This document shows, piece by piece, positions 18,633-27,159 of a DNA stretch of 50,110 nucleotides. This stretch comes from a bacterium (GTDB lineage: Bacteria; Verrucomicrobiota; Kiritimatiellia; CAIVKH01), in the NCBI GenBank assembly GCA_030432155.1, contig JAUIHQ010000003.1, forward strand, positions 1-50,110. The letters are read 5' to 3'. Positions within the stretch are counted from its first letter, which is position 1, and every line of letters begins with the position of its first letter. Position numbers and translations under genes: made by a program. The notes under the pieces were generated by a model that was given only the letters and a program-made list of their open reading frames with translations, was not told where the DNA came from and searched no databases.

Positions 18633-19793
18633 TTACCGGAAGCGTGAAAACAGGCGATCCCGCAGGCGACGTGGTACTGGTGTAGAAGGCGGCGGGACGG
18701 GAATCCGGGCCAGGGCTTCGGGGTTGACCTTTCGGGCGAGGTCGCAAAGCTCCTCGGTGTAGCTTCGTTCCGGTGCATACCGCTTGAGGTTGAGCCCGCC
18801 AAAACAGGATGGCGGCATGGCGGCGAGGTCAAAGCCGGGCGGGAACGTCGCAAAGGCATCCAGCTTGCCCGTCAGCCACAGCGGCGCCATGACCTTCTGG
18901 CATTTGCGGCACACCCCGCAGTTGAGGTAGGCGCCCGGTTGCTGGAAACACACGCGCAGATGCTGCTGAACCACCGGCCAGTCGGCCACGGCCAGGATTT
19001 TTTCGATCCGCGAGGCTTCGCACCCATGGTGAAGAAACGTCAGGTTCTCGGTGGAGGCCAGGGCATCGGTATACGGATTCGAGCCGATGGGGGGATTCAG
19101 AAGGGAGTACCGATTGGTCGAAGGAATGATCAGGCGGCGCAAACCATGTTGCAGGAACAGGCCGACCGCCTGAATCGCGGCGCCGTGAAAGGTGATCCAG
19201 GATACATGGGGTTCGACCAGCGCCCGGACATTGGTGCGGCACCGCAGGAGCTTGACCGATTGCGTGGCCAGCGCCGCTTCATTGCCGGCGGCGGCTTCCT
19301 CGTAAAACCGGGGATCCTCCAGCGGGATATCGAACCCGTGAACAAACAATCCGTACCCGATGCGGTGATTGGCCACCGGTTCGGTTTCCGGCCGGTGATG
19401 CCACAGGGTGTGGAACGAATCCACCCCTCCGGTGAAACAAGCCGCGACCGCTTCCGCCGGGGTGACGGCTTCTTCGTAGCCGGCAGCATGCAGGGCGACC
19501 ATGCTCAGTTTATCAGGGAACCAAAGATGGAAATACTTTTGGATCTGGCGCGCGCCGTAATGAAATGCCGGCGAAAGCGGGGCATCCACCGTGACCGACT
19601 CCCCCAGGGCCATGGCGAGAAAGAGAGCCGCCATCACCGGGGCTTCCATACGGTCGGAGATCCACCCGGCATAGGCATCGGGCACGGAGAAACTCAGGTC
19701 CTCCGGAGCAAGACCCGCGGTCTCGAATTCAATCCGATATCGGCATTCCGTCCATGCGTGCGACGTGCAACATTCTCCAGGATAAATTCGCAT
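18633..19793 (-). CDS. Hypothetical protein with PP-loop-like (TGGVDS) and Cys-cluster motifs (QueC-like adenine-nucleotide alpha-hydrolase fold)
   Basis: CFTGGVDSF, HGFDI, RIEKI, LRVCF..NCGVCRKC. Confidence 0.65.
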   Translation of the reverse strand: MRIYPGECCTSHAWTECRYRIEFETAGLAPEDLSFSVPDAYAGWISDRMEAPVMAALFLAMALGESVTVDAPLSPAFHYGARQIQKYFHLWFPDKLSMVALHAAGYEEAVTPAEAVAACFTGGVDSFHTLWHHRPETEPVANHRIGYGLFVHGFDIPLEDPRFYEEAAAGNEAALATQSVKLLRCRTNVRALVEPHVSWITFHGAAIQAVGLFLQHGLRRLIIPSTNRYSLLNPPIGSNPYTDALASTENLTFLHHGCEASRIEKILAVADWPVVQQHLRVCFQQPGAYLNCGVCRKCQKVMAPLWLTGKLDAFATFPPGFDLAAMPPSCFGGLNLKRYAPERSYTEELCDLARKVNPEALARIPVPPPSTPVPRRLRDRLFSRFR

Positions 19794-19820
19794 GACAAGA
19801 AATGATCCGAAGGAGTTCCC

Positions 19821-19971
19821 GTCATGACCCGAATGCCACTAGCTTAAGCTGATTTCCCATCGTAATCGTAATCATGCTCCATCATCCTAATCCCTCAACG
19901 TTGGAGGATTAAGATCAAGATTACGATGGGGACTGCTGTGCTCCCTTAAGCTAGTACCATTCCGTCATGAC
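19821..19971. repeat. ~150 bp nested fold-back element (MITE/REP-like)
   Basis: Perfect inverted repeats ACTAGCTTAAG (19838-48)/CTTAAGCTAGT (19945-55) and CCCATCGTAATC (19856-67)/GATTACGATGGG (19919-30); outer GTCATGAC..GAATG arms; apex TAATCC..CAACGTTG..GGATTA. Confidence 0.75.
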
Positions 19972-20171
19972 CCCTTCGGGGAGACATGAGCAACCGCCCA
20001 CCGAAACCCCGCCGAGAGCCTCCTTTTCACGGCCCAGAACGTGGCATAACGATGGCACGGGATCAAGTACGACGGCTCCCGCCATCAGATAAGGGACAGG
20101 CATAGGTGGCAAGTGGTGGTTGATGTCAGGGTACATCCCGAATCAGGTCGAAGGTGAACGCATCTGTGCGG

Positions 20172-20220
20172 TTTTCCAATCATTGGAAAATGCCCGGGGC
20201 GATGTTTCCAATGATTGGAA
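20172..20220. promoter_or_regulatory. Tandem palindromes TTCCAAT-N-ATTGGAA upstream of the mbh operon
   Basis: TTTTCCAAT-C-ATTGGAAAA (20172-90) and TTCCAAT-G-ATTGGAA (20206-20), centres 32 bp apart. Could be operators or a dispersed repeat. Confidence 0.5.
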
Positions 20221-20398
20221 TCGCGGAGATCTGGCGGGCGAACACACAGAACGGCCATCAGGGTTTCCCCTACCTAAAGTATCGTACCTGCCTGACCCCG
20301 CTCACCCCTTGTCGGTCTGAGCTCAATTCTGTCATCGTCGGGGGCATGGAAACCCAAATGGTATCTGTGTTCGGGCTCCGTACCGGGGAGGCCGGGTC

Positions 20399-20926
20399 AT
20401 GAAGCGGTTTGTTTCAACCCTGGTTCCGGTCATGGCGCTCTACATGTGGCTGACCGCCGGCTCCGGCGATGTATTCGGCTTGTGGGCAGCATCGGAGCTG
20501 GTGCTCGGGGCGGTCCTGAGCGTGATCACGGCCTGGCTGACCGCCCTTCACGTCGGTTCCGCCGGCGTCACCCTGCCGGTGAACCCGCTGCGCTGGATCC
20601 TTTTCGCCCTCTACCTGATCGGACCGTTTCTGTTGGAAATGGCCAAGGCCAACCTCGATGTGGCCTACCGGGTCATCACCGGCCGGATCAACCCCGGCAT
20701 CGTCCGGGTAAACTCGGGCATGAAGACGGCGGGATCGACCACCGCCCTCGCCAACTCGATCACCCTGACCCCCGGCACCCTGACCGTGGGGGTTGATGAG
20801 GAAACCAACGACCTTTTCATCCACAAGATCAACCTCACCGAGGAGGAAGCAGCCCGGTCGGCATGGGACAGCAGAGACCTGTTCGGCTTCAACCTCCCCG
20901 CCATGATCCGGAGGTTCTCGGAATGA
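20399..20926 (+). CDS. mbhA: Membrane-bound hydrogenase subunit A (MnhE/MrpE-like)
   Basis: ANLDVAYRVI, LANSITLTPGTLTV; GGGGAGG RBS; first of 14 coupled genes. Confidence 0.85.
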   Translation: MKRFVSTLVPVMALYMWLTAGSGDVFGLWAASELVLGAVLSVITAWLTALHVGSAGVTLPVNPLRWILFALYLIGPFLLEMAKANLDVAYRVITGRINPGIVRVNSGMKTAGSTTALANSITLTPGTLTVGVDEETNDLFIHKINLTEEEAARSAWDSRDLFGFNLPAMIRRFSE

Positions 20927-21180
20927 CCGGCGCCTGGACCATCGCCCTTGTCGTGCTCGCTGTTCTGATCCTGCTGGCACTTGTCCGATTGCTCCGCGGA
21001 CCATCGGTCCCGGACCGGGTGGTCGCCCTCGACGCGGTCAACACCCTCGTTGTGGCATCCATGATCATCCTCGCGGTCGTCAAGAAACAGGTCATCTTCG
21101 TCGATGTCGCCATCGTCTATGCCCTGCTATCGTTCGTGGGCCTCCTGTTCATCGCCAAGTACCTCGGGAGGGAGATGTAA
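20923..21180 (+). CDS. mbhB: Mbh subunit B (MnhF/MrpF-like)
   Basis: RGPSVPDRVVALD, DVAIVYALLSF; ATGA overlap, start MTGAW. Confidence 0.87.
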   Translation: MTGAWTIALVVLAVLILLALVRLLRGPSVPDRVVALDAVNTLVVASMIILAVVKKQVIFVDVAIVYALLSFVGLLFIAKYLGREM

Positions 21181-21533
21181 TGGAAGCAGTCGTCCTCATC
21201 TGCCTCGTGATCGGGCTCTTGTTTAACTCGTTGGGCATCATCGGGATCCTTCGGTTCCCCGACGTCTATACCCGCCTTCACGCCAGCACCAAGGCCACGA
21301 CCTTCGGATCGATCTTTGTCTCGCTGTCGGTCATTGTCTACGCCGCCGCCCGGTTCGCCGGCGATGGCGACCGTCCGATGCTCTCCTTGGCCCTCCACGT
21401 GCTGGTGGCGATGTTCGTGCTCGCGTTCACCAATGCCGCCGGCGCCCACGCCATCGCCCGGGCCGCCCACCGGAGCGGCACCCTGCCTTCCCCATCCGTA
21501 CGGGACGACCTCAACGAGGAGGCGGGCTCATGA
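21180..21533 (+). CDS. mbhC: Mbh subunit C (MnhG/MrpG-like)
   Basis: GILRFPDVYTRLHASTKATTFG, AHAIARAAH. Confidence 0.88.
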   Translation: MEAVVLICLVIGLLFNSLGIIGILRFPDVYTRLHASTKATTFGSIFVSLSVIVYAAARFAGDGDRPMLSLALHVLVAMFVLAFTNAAGAHAIARAAHRSGTLPSPSVRDDLNEEAGS

Positions 21534-21784
21534 TGCTGGTGTTGTTCCACCTTTTGATTCTCGCCGGGCTGATCATTACCGCGGCTTCGGTTGTCTATTT
21601 CCGCGACCTTCTGGCCGCCGCCATCTCGCTGGCTGCATTCAGCCTGTTGCTCGCGCTTGAATTCTACCTGCTCCAGGCGCCCGACGTCGCCATTGCCGAA
21701 GCGGGTATCGGCGCGGGGCTGACCACCGCCATCTACATCATCGCCATCCGCGGCACGAAGCGGAAGGAGGATCCGGACGAATGA
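21530..21784 (+). CDS. mbhD: Mbh subunit D (DUF4040)
   Basis: LQAPDVAIAEAGIGAG. Confidence 0.85.
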   Translation: MMLVLFHLLILAGLIITAASVVYFRDLLAAAISLAAFSLLLALEFYLLQAPDVAIAEAGIGAGLTTAIYIIAIRGTKRKEDPDE

Positions 21785-22065
21785 GAATCATCCTCGGCCT
21801 CACCATTCTTCTGGTCCTCGGGGCGGCGTTCGTTCACATCGCTAGCGATGTGCCGTTCGGCAAACCCGCGGTCACGGACATGGACGACTATTTCATCGCC
21901 AACGGACAGGAGCAGACCGGCGCGAACAACATCGTCACCGGCGTCCTGTTCGATTATCGCGGCCTCGACACCCTGATCGAGGCCACGGTTCTGTTCACCG
22001 CGGTCCTCGGGGTCAGCGTCATGTTCCGCAAGCTCAAGGAGGGCGAACAGTATGAGAATGACTAA
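21781..22065 (+). CDS. mbhE: Mbh subunit E
   Basis: TGANNIVTGVLFDYRGLDTLIEATVLF. Confidence 0.87.
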   Translation: MRIILGLTILLVLGAAFVHIASDVPFGKPAVTDMDDYFIANGQEQTGANNIVTGVLFDYRGLDTLIEATVLFTAVLGVSVMFRKLKEGEQYEND

Positions 22066-22519
22066 GGTCGTTCGCACCGTTGCCGATCTCCTGTACCCGT
22101 TCTGCATGATCTTCGGGCTGTACGTGGTGGCCCACGGGCACCTGACCCCCGGCGGCGGTTTCCAGGGCGGCGCGGTCATCGCCACCGCCACCGCATTGTT
22201 GATTGCGGCCCATCGTTATGACGACGTCTCGGCCCGGGTCAAATCCGCACGGATGAAGGTGTTTGAATCGGTCGGCCTGCTCGGCTTTCTGATCCTCGGC
22301 TTCTCCGCGATCATCCTCGGCCAGCCCGCGTTCCGGAACTGGATGCTCAGCCGCGGCTCGCTCTTCAACGATTCCGTCGCCTTCGGGGTCAACCCCGGCG
22401 CCCTGACCACCGGCGGCCTGATGCCGCTGATGAATCTTGCCGTGGGCCTGGAAGTGCTGGGCGCCCTGACCATTATTACATTGTATATGCTCTCGGGCAC
22501 GAAGGAGGATCCTTCATGA
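22052..22519 (+). CDS. mbhF: Mbh subunit F (MnhB/MrpB-like)
   Basis: HGHLTPGGGFQGG, NLAVGLEV. Confidence 0.88.
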   Translation: MRMTKVVRTVADLLYPFCMIFGLYVVAHGHLTPGGGFQGGAVIATATALLIAAHRYDDVSARVKSARMKVFESVGLLGFLILGFSAIILGQPAFRNWMLSRGSLFNDSVAFGVNPGALTTGGLMPLMNLAVGLEVLGALTIITLYMLSGTKEDPS

Positions 22520-22881
22520 ACGGCGGTTCCGTCATCATCGCCCACGCCCCGCTGTTCGCGGTGGCGGTGATCTTCCTGCTCGGGCTCTCCATCCTTTTCT
22601 TCAAGCGGAACCTGATCAAGATCCTGATGGGCATCACGCTCATCGAGGCCGCGATCAACCTGTTTCTCGTCTCCACCGGCTACCGCATGGATGCGATCGC
22701 CCCGATCTTCACCAACGCCCCGGAAGGCGCGGTCATGGCCCTGCCCACCGTGCAGGCGCTGACCCTCACCTCCATCGTCATCGGCGTGGCCTCCAGCGCG
22801 ATGATGCTGTCGTTCGTGATGCTGATCTACCGTCACTACAAGACGACCAACGTGAACCGGATCCGGGGGATGAAAGGCTGA
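22516..22881 (+). CDS. mbhG: Mbh subunit G (MnhC/MrpC-like)
   Basis: NLIKILMG, PTVQALTLTSIVIG. Confidence 0.88.
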   Translation: MNGGSVIIAHAPLFAVAVIFLLGLSILFFKRNLIKILMGITLIEAAINLFLVSTGYRMDAIAPIFTNAPEGAVMALPTVQALTLTSIVIGVASSAMMLSFVMLIYRHYKTTNVNRIRGMKG

Positions 22882-24452
22882 TGATGTCGACTCTCCAGCA
22901 ACACGCACCGGCCCTGCTGATCGCGATCCCGCTGTTCGCGGCGTTCTCCATGCCCCTCGTCGGGAAGAACCCCGGGTTCCGCAAGATGTGGACGATCGTG
23001 CTGATGACCCTGACCTCGCTGACCGGTCTCATGCTCGCCTGTTCGGTGTTCCGGGACGGCTCCATCGTGTATGTGTTCGGCGCGGCCGACGCCTCGCAGG
23101 CCCTGGCCGAAGGGTCCGGGTTCCCGATCCGCATCATGTTCACGATCGACGCGATGAGCGCGCTGATGACGATCATCATCGCCATCCTCGCCTTTGCGGT
23201 CACCCTCTACTCCCTCGCCGCCGACGGCGGGCACTCGGGCCTCGAGGGTTTTTATTCCCTGCTTTTCCTGATGGTGGCGGGCGCGCTGGGCATGGTGAAC
23301 ACCGGCGACCTGTTCAACTTCTTTGTCTTCCTCGAGGTTGCCTCCCTGTCCGGGGCCGCGCTCGCCGCGTTCCGTATCGACAAGGGGGTGGCGGTCGAGG
23401 CGGGCTTGAAATACGCGCTGATCAGCGGCCTCGGCGGCCTGAGCGTCCTCGTCGCCATCGGCCTCCTCTACAGCCAGTACAATGCCCTCAACATCGCCGA
23501 GCTGGCCGCGCGCATTCAGTTCACCCGGCTCGATATGATCGCCTTCGTGCTGCTGGCGGTTCCCCTCGCGATGAAATGCGGCGCGGTGCCGATGCACTTC
23601 TGGACGCCGGACACCTACGCCGCCGCACCCTCATCGGTCACTGCGTTCCTCGTGGTCACCAGCCAGGCCAGCCTGTATGCCCTGTTCCGGATCTGCTTCA
23701 CCCTGTTCGGCGATCCGGCCGCGATCAACATCGCCGTCTTCGGATGGTTCATCGTCGCACTCGGTGTCCTGTCGATGTTCGTGGGCGTGACCATGGCCAT
23801 TCCCCAGAAGGACGTGAAGCGGCTGATGGCCTACCACGCGATTTCCCAGACCGGCTACATGCTCCTCGGCGTGGGGGTGGGACTGGCGGTGCTCGGGAAT
23901 GCCAAGGCGCTCGGCGACTACGGCATGACCTCGATGAGCGGCGGTCTGTTCCACATCATCAACCATGCGATTTACAAGGGCCTGCTGTTCCTGACCGCGG
24001 GCGCGGTGTTTTACCGCATCGGCACCCGCAACCTCAACCGGATGGGCGGACTCGGGCATACCATGCCGGTCACCATGATCTGCTTCATCGCCGGCGCCCT
24101 CGCCATCGCCGGCATCCCGCCGTTCAACGGATTCGCCTCGAAGCTCCTGATCTACGAATCGGTCTTTGCCTTCAATCCCTTTATCGCGATCGTGGCCATG
24201 CTGGTGAGCATCCTTACCCTCGCCTCGTTCGTGAAGGTGTTCCACTCGATGTTCATGGGCCCCCGACAGCCGGATCACGGCGAGGTCAGGGAGGCCCCGC
24301 GTCCGATGGTCATCGGCATGGCCCTGCTCGCGGTGCTGGTCATTCTGTTCGGCCTGATTCCGACCGCGGTGGTCGAGAGCATCATACGGCCCGCCGCCGA
24401 AGCCCTGCTCGACCGGGCCGGCTACATTGCAACCGTGCTGGGAGGACCCTGA
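22881..24452 (+). CDS. mbhH: Mbh subunit H, proton-translocating antiporter-like subunit (MnhD/NuoM-like)
   Basis: GDLFNFFVFLEV, KCGAVPMHFWTPD, KRLMAYH, NHAIYKGLLFL, GIPPFNGFASK. Confidence 0.9.
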   Translation: MMSTLQQHAPALLIAIPLFAAFSMPLVGKNPGFRKMWTIVLMTLTSLTGLMLACSVFRDGSIVYVFGAADASQALAEGSGFPIRIMFTIDAMSALMTIIIAILAFAVTLYSLAADGGHSGLEGFYSLLFLMVAGALGMVNTGDLFNFFVFLEVASLSGAALAAFRIDKGVAVEAGLKYALISGLGGLSVLVAIGLLYSQYNALNIAELAARIQFTRLDMIAFVLLAVPLAMKCGAVPMHFWTPDTYAAAPSSVTAFLVVTSQASLYALFRICFTLFGDPAAINIAVFGWFIVALGVLSMFVGVTMAIPQKDVKRLMAYHAISQTGYMLLGVGVGLAVLGNAKALGDYGMTSMSGGLFHIINHAIYKGLLFLTAGAVFYRIGTRNLNRMGGLGHTMPVTMICFIAGALAIAGIPPFNGFASKLLIYESVFAFNPFIAIVAMLVSILTLASFVKVFHSMFMGPRQPDHGEVREAPRPMVIGMALLAVLVILFGLIPTAVVESIIRPAAEALLDRAGYIATVLGGP

Positions 24453-24453
24453 G

Positions 24454-24795
24454 ATGGATGTCACGACCACCCTGGAAACCGGATACGGCGCCTGGAGCCC
24501 GCTGGTGTGGCTGGCCGCGTTCGCGGTCACGATGGTCATCGCCCTGCTCATCCGGTCCACCGGCGAATCCCGTTACAAGAAGGATTCCAACCAGACCAAG
24601 CCCTTCATTTCCGGTAACGAAGCCCCCCAGGATGCATACCATATCCGGGCCGGCAACCTGTACTGGGGCTATCTCGAAGCATTGAAGGGTTACTACCAAA
24701 AGCTGGTTCCCCTTCACACCGGGATCATGACGGACTATGTTCTATGGATGTTCGGGGTGGTCGCGATCATGCTTCTGATAGGACTTTCGATATGA
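24454..24795 (+). CDS. mbhI: Mbh subunit I
   Basis: QTKPFISGN, HTGIMTDYVLW; lies between the antiporter and small subunits; GGAGG RBS before ATG 24454. Confidence 0.75.
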   Translation: MDVTTTLETGYGAWSPLVWLAAFAVTMVIALLIRSTGESRYKKDSNQTKPFISGNEAPQDAYHIRAGNLYWGYLEALKGYYQKLVPLHTGIMTDYVLWMFGVVAIMLLIGLSI

Positions 24796-25223
24796 AGTAT
24801 CCCAACTCCTTCCGCAAATCGCTGTGGACGTTCCTGTTTAACGCGGGCTCGTGCAACGGCTGTGAAATCGAGATGGTGGCCCTGCTGACCCCGCGCTACG
24901 ACGTGGAACGGTTCGGGATCAAGCTGGTGGGTTCCCCCCGCCATGCCGACCTGCTCCTCATCACCGGCCCGGTCACCCGCAAGATCGCCCCCCGCCTGCG
25001 CATGGTCTATGAACAAATGCCCGACCCCAAGGTGGTCATCAACGTCGGCGTGTGCGGTGTCTCCGGCGGCGCCTTTTACGAGTCGTACAGCCTGATCGGG
25101 CCGGTCGATGACATCATTCCCGTCGATGTCTACGTTCCGGGCTGCCCGCCCCGGCCGGAGGCGATCATTCACGCCGCGGTGAAGGCGCTGGAAAAACTGG
25201 AACGGGCCGAGGTGGCATCATGA
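24792..25223 (+). CDS. mbhJ: Mbh hydrogenase small subunit (NuoB-like)
   Basis: GSCNGCEIE, SPRHAD, GVCGVSGG, PVDVYVPGCPPRP. Confidence 0.9.
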   Translation: MKYPNSFRKSLWTFLFNAGSCNGCEIEMVALLTPRYDVERFGIKLVGSPRHADLLLITGPVTRKIAPRLRMVYEQMPDPKVVINVGVCGVSGGAFYESYSLIGPVDDIIPVDVYVPGCPPRPEAIIHAAVKALEKLERAEVAS

Positions 25224-25912
25224 CGACGGCAATCCTGAATTCGGAGGAAATCCTCGCCCACATTGTGAAGGTCGCGGGCGAGGAATCGATGGTCGATACC
25301 CGGGTCGCGGCCTGGCCCGAGGGCACCAAGGGCGTGATGAGCCACTCGGTGTGGATCCGGATCAAGCGAGAACGGTTCAAAGTTGCCGTGCGCTCCCTGT
25401 TCGACCTCGACTACCCCCACATGGCGGTGATCTCCGGGGCGGACCTCGGCGACGACATTGAACTCCTCTACCACTTCTACCTGTTCTACGGCCACCGGCA
25501 CAAGGAAGTGCTGGTCACCATCGCGGTATCCGTGCCCAAGACCGACCCCACAATTCCGACCATCTCCGACCTGATCCCCGGCGCCCTGATCAGCGAGCGC
25601 GAGAAGCAGGAAATGCTCGGGGTGGTCGTCACCGACATCCCCGACAGCCGCCGGATCTTCCTGCCCGAGGACTTCCCCGAGGGGGTGTATCCCTGGCGGA
25701 AGGATGAAACCGGCATTCCCGAGGACATGATCAAGCAGCTCTGGAAAGTCGGACGGCCCCAGGAGCTGCTGGAGGATCCTCCGCCTCCGAAGAAAGCGCC
25801 CGCGCCGAAGCCGGAGGAGACGCCGGCCGGGGATGCGAACGCACCCGCTCCCGAAGCGGCGAAAGAAGACCCACCGGCGGACAAGCCGGCTCAAGGAGGA
25901 GAGGGCTCATGA
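25220..25912 (+). CDS. mbhK: Mbh subunit K (NuoC-like) with a Pro/Ala/Glu-rich tail
   Basis: LYHF, IPGALISEREKQEMLG, FLPEDFPEGVYPWRKD. Confidence 0.85.
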   Translation: MTTAILNSEEILAHIVKVAGEESMVDTRVAAWPEGTKGVMSHSVWIRIKRERFKVAVRSLFDLDYPHMAVISGADLGDDIELLYHFYLFYGHRHKEVLVTIAVSVPKTDPTIPTISDLIPGALISEREKQEMLGVVVTDIPDSRRIFLPEDFPEGVYPWRKDETGIPEDMIKQLWKVGRPQELLEDPPPPKKAPAPKPEETPAGDANAPAPEAAKEDPPADKPAQGGEGS

Positions 25913-27159
25913 TTGCTTCCACCGGAAAAGACAGTGCGATCACCTCGGCCTACATGGCCCAGATCGGTCCGAGCCATCCCGCGCTCAAGGAACCGGTCAT
26001 GTTCACGTTCGAGCTGGACGGCGAACGCGTGGTCTCCGCGGATTTCGCCCCCGGCATGGCCCACCGCGGCGTGGAATGGGCCGGCACCCGGCGCAACGCC
26101 ATCCAGACCCTGTATCTCGCCGAACGAATCTGCGGCATCTGCGGCATCACCCACTCGGTATCCTATGCCCGGGCGATCGAGCAGATCGCCGGCATCGAGG
26201 TTCCGGCCCGGGCCCACTACATCCGGAGCATCGTCGGTGAGCTGGAACGCATCCACTCCCACCTGCTGTGGGCCGGCGTGGCCGCCCATGAGCTGGGGTT
26301 CGACTCCCTGTTCTTCCTGACCTGGAAGGTCCGGGAACGGGTCATGGATGTGCTGGAGTATTTGTGCGGCAACCGGGTCCACTACGGCATTATGCAGATC
26401 GGCGGGGCCAACCGGGATATCACGCCCGACCAGTACCCCACCGTGCTCGAAGCCCTCGATTACTTCGAACAGCATTTCGGCCAGCTTGCCAAACTGTTCC
26501 TCGAGGATGACAGCATCCGTATCCGCTGCCGGGACTGCGGCGTCCTGACCAAACAGGAAGCGCTGGAGCTGTGCGCGGTCGGACCGACCGCCCGGGCCTC
26601 CGGCGTAGCCAAGGATGTCCGCCAGGACCATCCCTATGCCGCCTACGCCGACGTCGAGGTCAAGGCCATCACCCCCGACCAGTTCACCGGCGAGGTGCAT
26701 GGCGACGTGTTCGACCGGATCATCGTCCGGCTCTACGAGGTCAAGCAGTCGATCGACCTGACCCGCATCTTTATCGAGAACATGCCCCCGGCCGGACCGA
26801 TCCTTGCCGAAGAGAAAATGCCCAAGCTGCTGGCCCTGATCCGCAAGGCCGAAGGCGAAGCCATCGGACGCCACGAGGCGCCGCGGGGCGAAGTGCTCCA
26901 TTACCTCAAGCTGAACAAGAACGTCCAACCCGAGGTATGGAAAGTGCGCGCGCCATCCTACAACAACTACATGCCGTGGATTCCGATGTTGGAAGGCGAA
27001 CAGATCGCGGACATTCCGATCATCGTCGCCTCCATCGATCCCTGCATCTCCTGCTGCGACCGCGTGGCCTTCGTGCGCGGGGACCGGAAGGACATAGTCA
27101 CCAAGGAAGATCTCCACCGGATGTCGGTGGCGAAACAGAGGAAGATTCAACATGGGTAA
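25909..27159 (+). CDS. mbhL: Group 4 [NiFe]-hydrogenase large (catalytic) subunit
   Basis: GPSHPALKEP; L1 ERICGICGITH; ELERIHSH; EAPRGE; L2 DPCISCCDR followed by a ~31 aa extension consistent with proteolytic maturation. Confidence 0.93.
   Translation: MIASTGKDSAITSAYMAQIGPSHPALKEPVMFTFELDGERVVSADFAPGMAHRGVEWAGTRRNAIQTLYLAERICGICGITHSVSYARAIEQIAGIEVPARAHYIRSIVGELERIHSHLLWAGVAAHELGFDSLFFLTWKVRERVMDVLEYLCGNRVHYGIMQIGGANRDITPDQYPTVLEALDYFEQHFGQLAKLFLEDDSIRIRCRDCGVLTKQEALELCAVGPTARASGVAKDVRQDHPYAAYADVEVKAITPDQFTGEVHGDVFDRIIVRLYEVKQSIDLTRIFIENMPPAGPILAEEKMPKLLALIRKAEGEAIGRHEAPRGEVLHYLKLNKNVQPEVWKVRAPSYNNYMPWIPMLEGEQIADIPIIVASIDPCISCCDRVAFVRGDRKDIVTKEDLHRMSVAKQRKIQHG

Noticed and set aside
17796-19971. 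Integron cassette array (TA plus orphan gene separated by hairpins)
   Set aside because: Genes are convergent, the hairpins lack RYYYAAC/GTTRRRY attC boxes, and no integrase is present.
20042-20057. Sigma54 -24/-12 promoter candidate TGGCATAACGATGGCA upstream of mbhA
   Set aside because: GG-N10-GC spacing is right, but the -12 box deviates (TGGC vs TTGC) and it is ~340 bp from the start; a chance match is likely.
22988-24685. Long alternative-frame and antisense ORFs (also 2091-2921, 6808-7782, 8507-9604, 12446-13879, 25891-27363, 31492-32955, 45094-46536, 47220-48311)
   Set aside because: Typical high-GC shadow ORFs overlapping well-supported genes; Arg/Pro/Gly-rich with no motifs.
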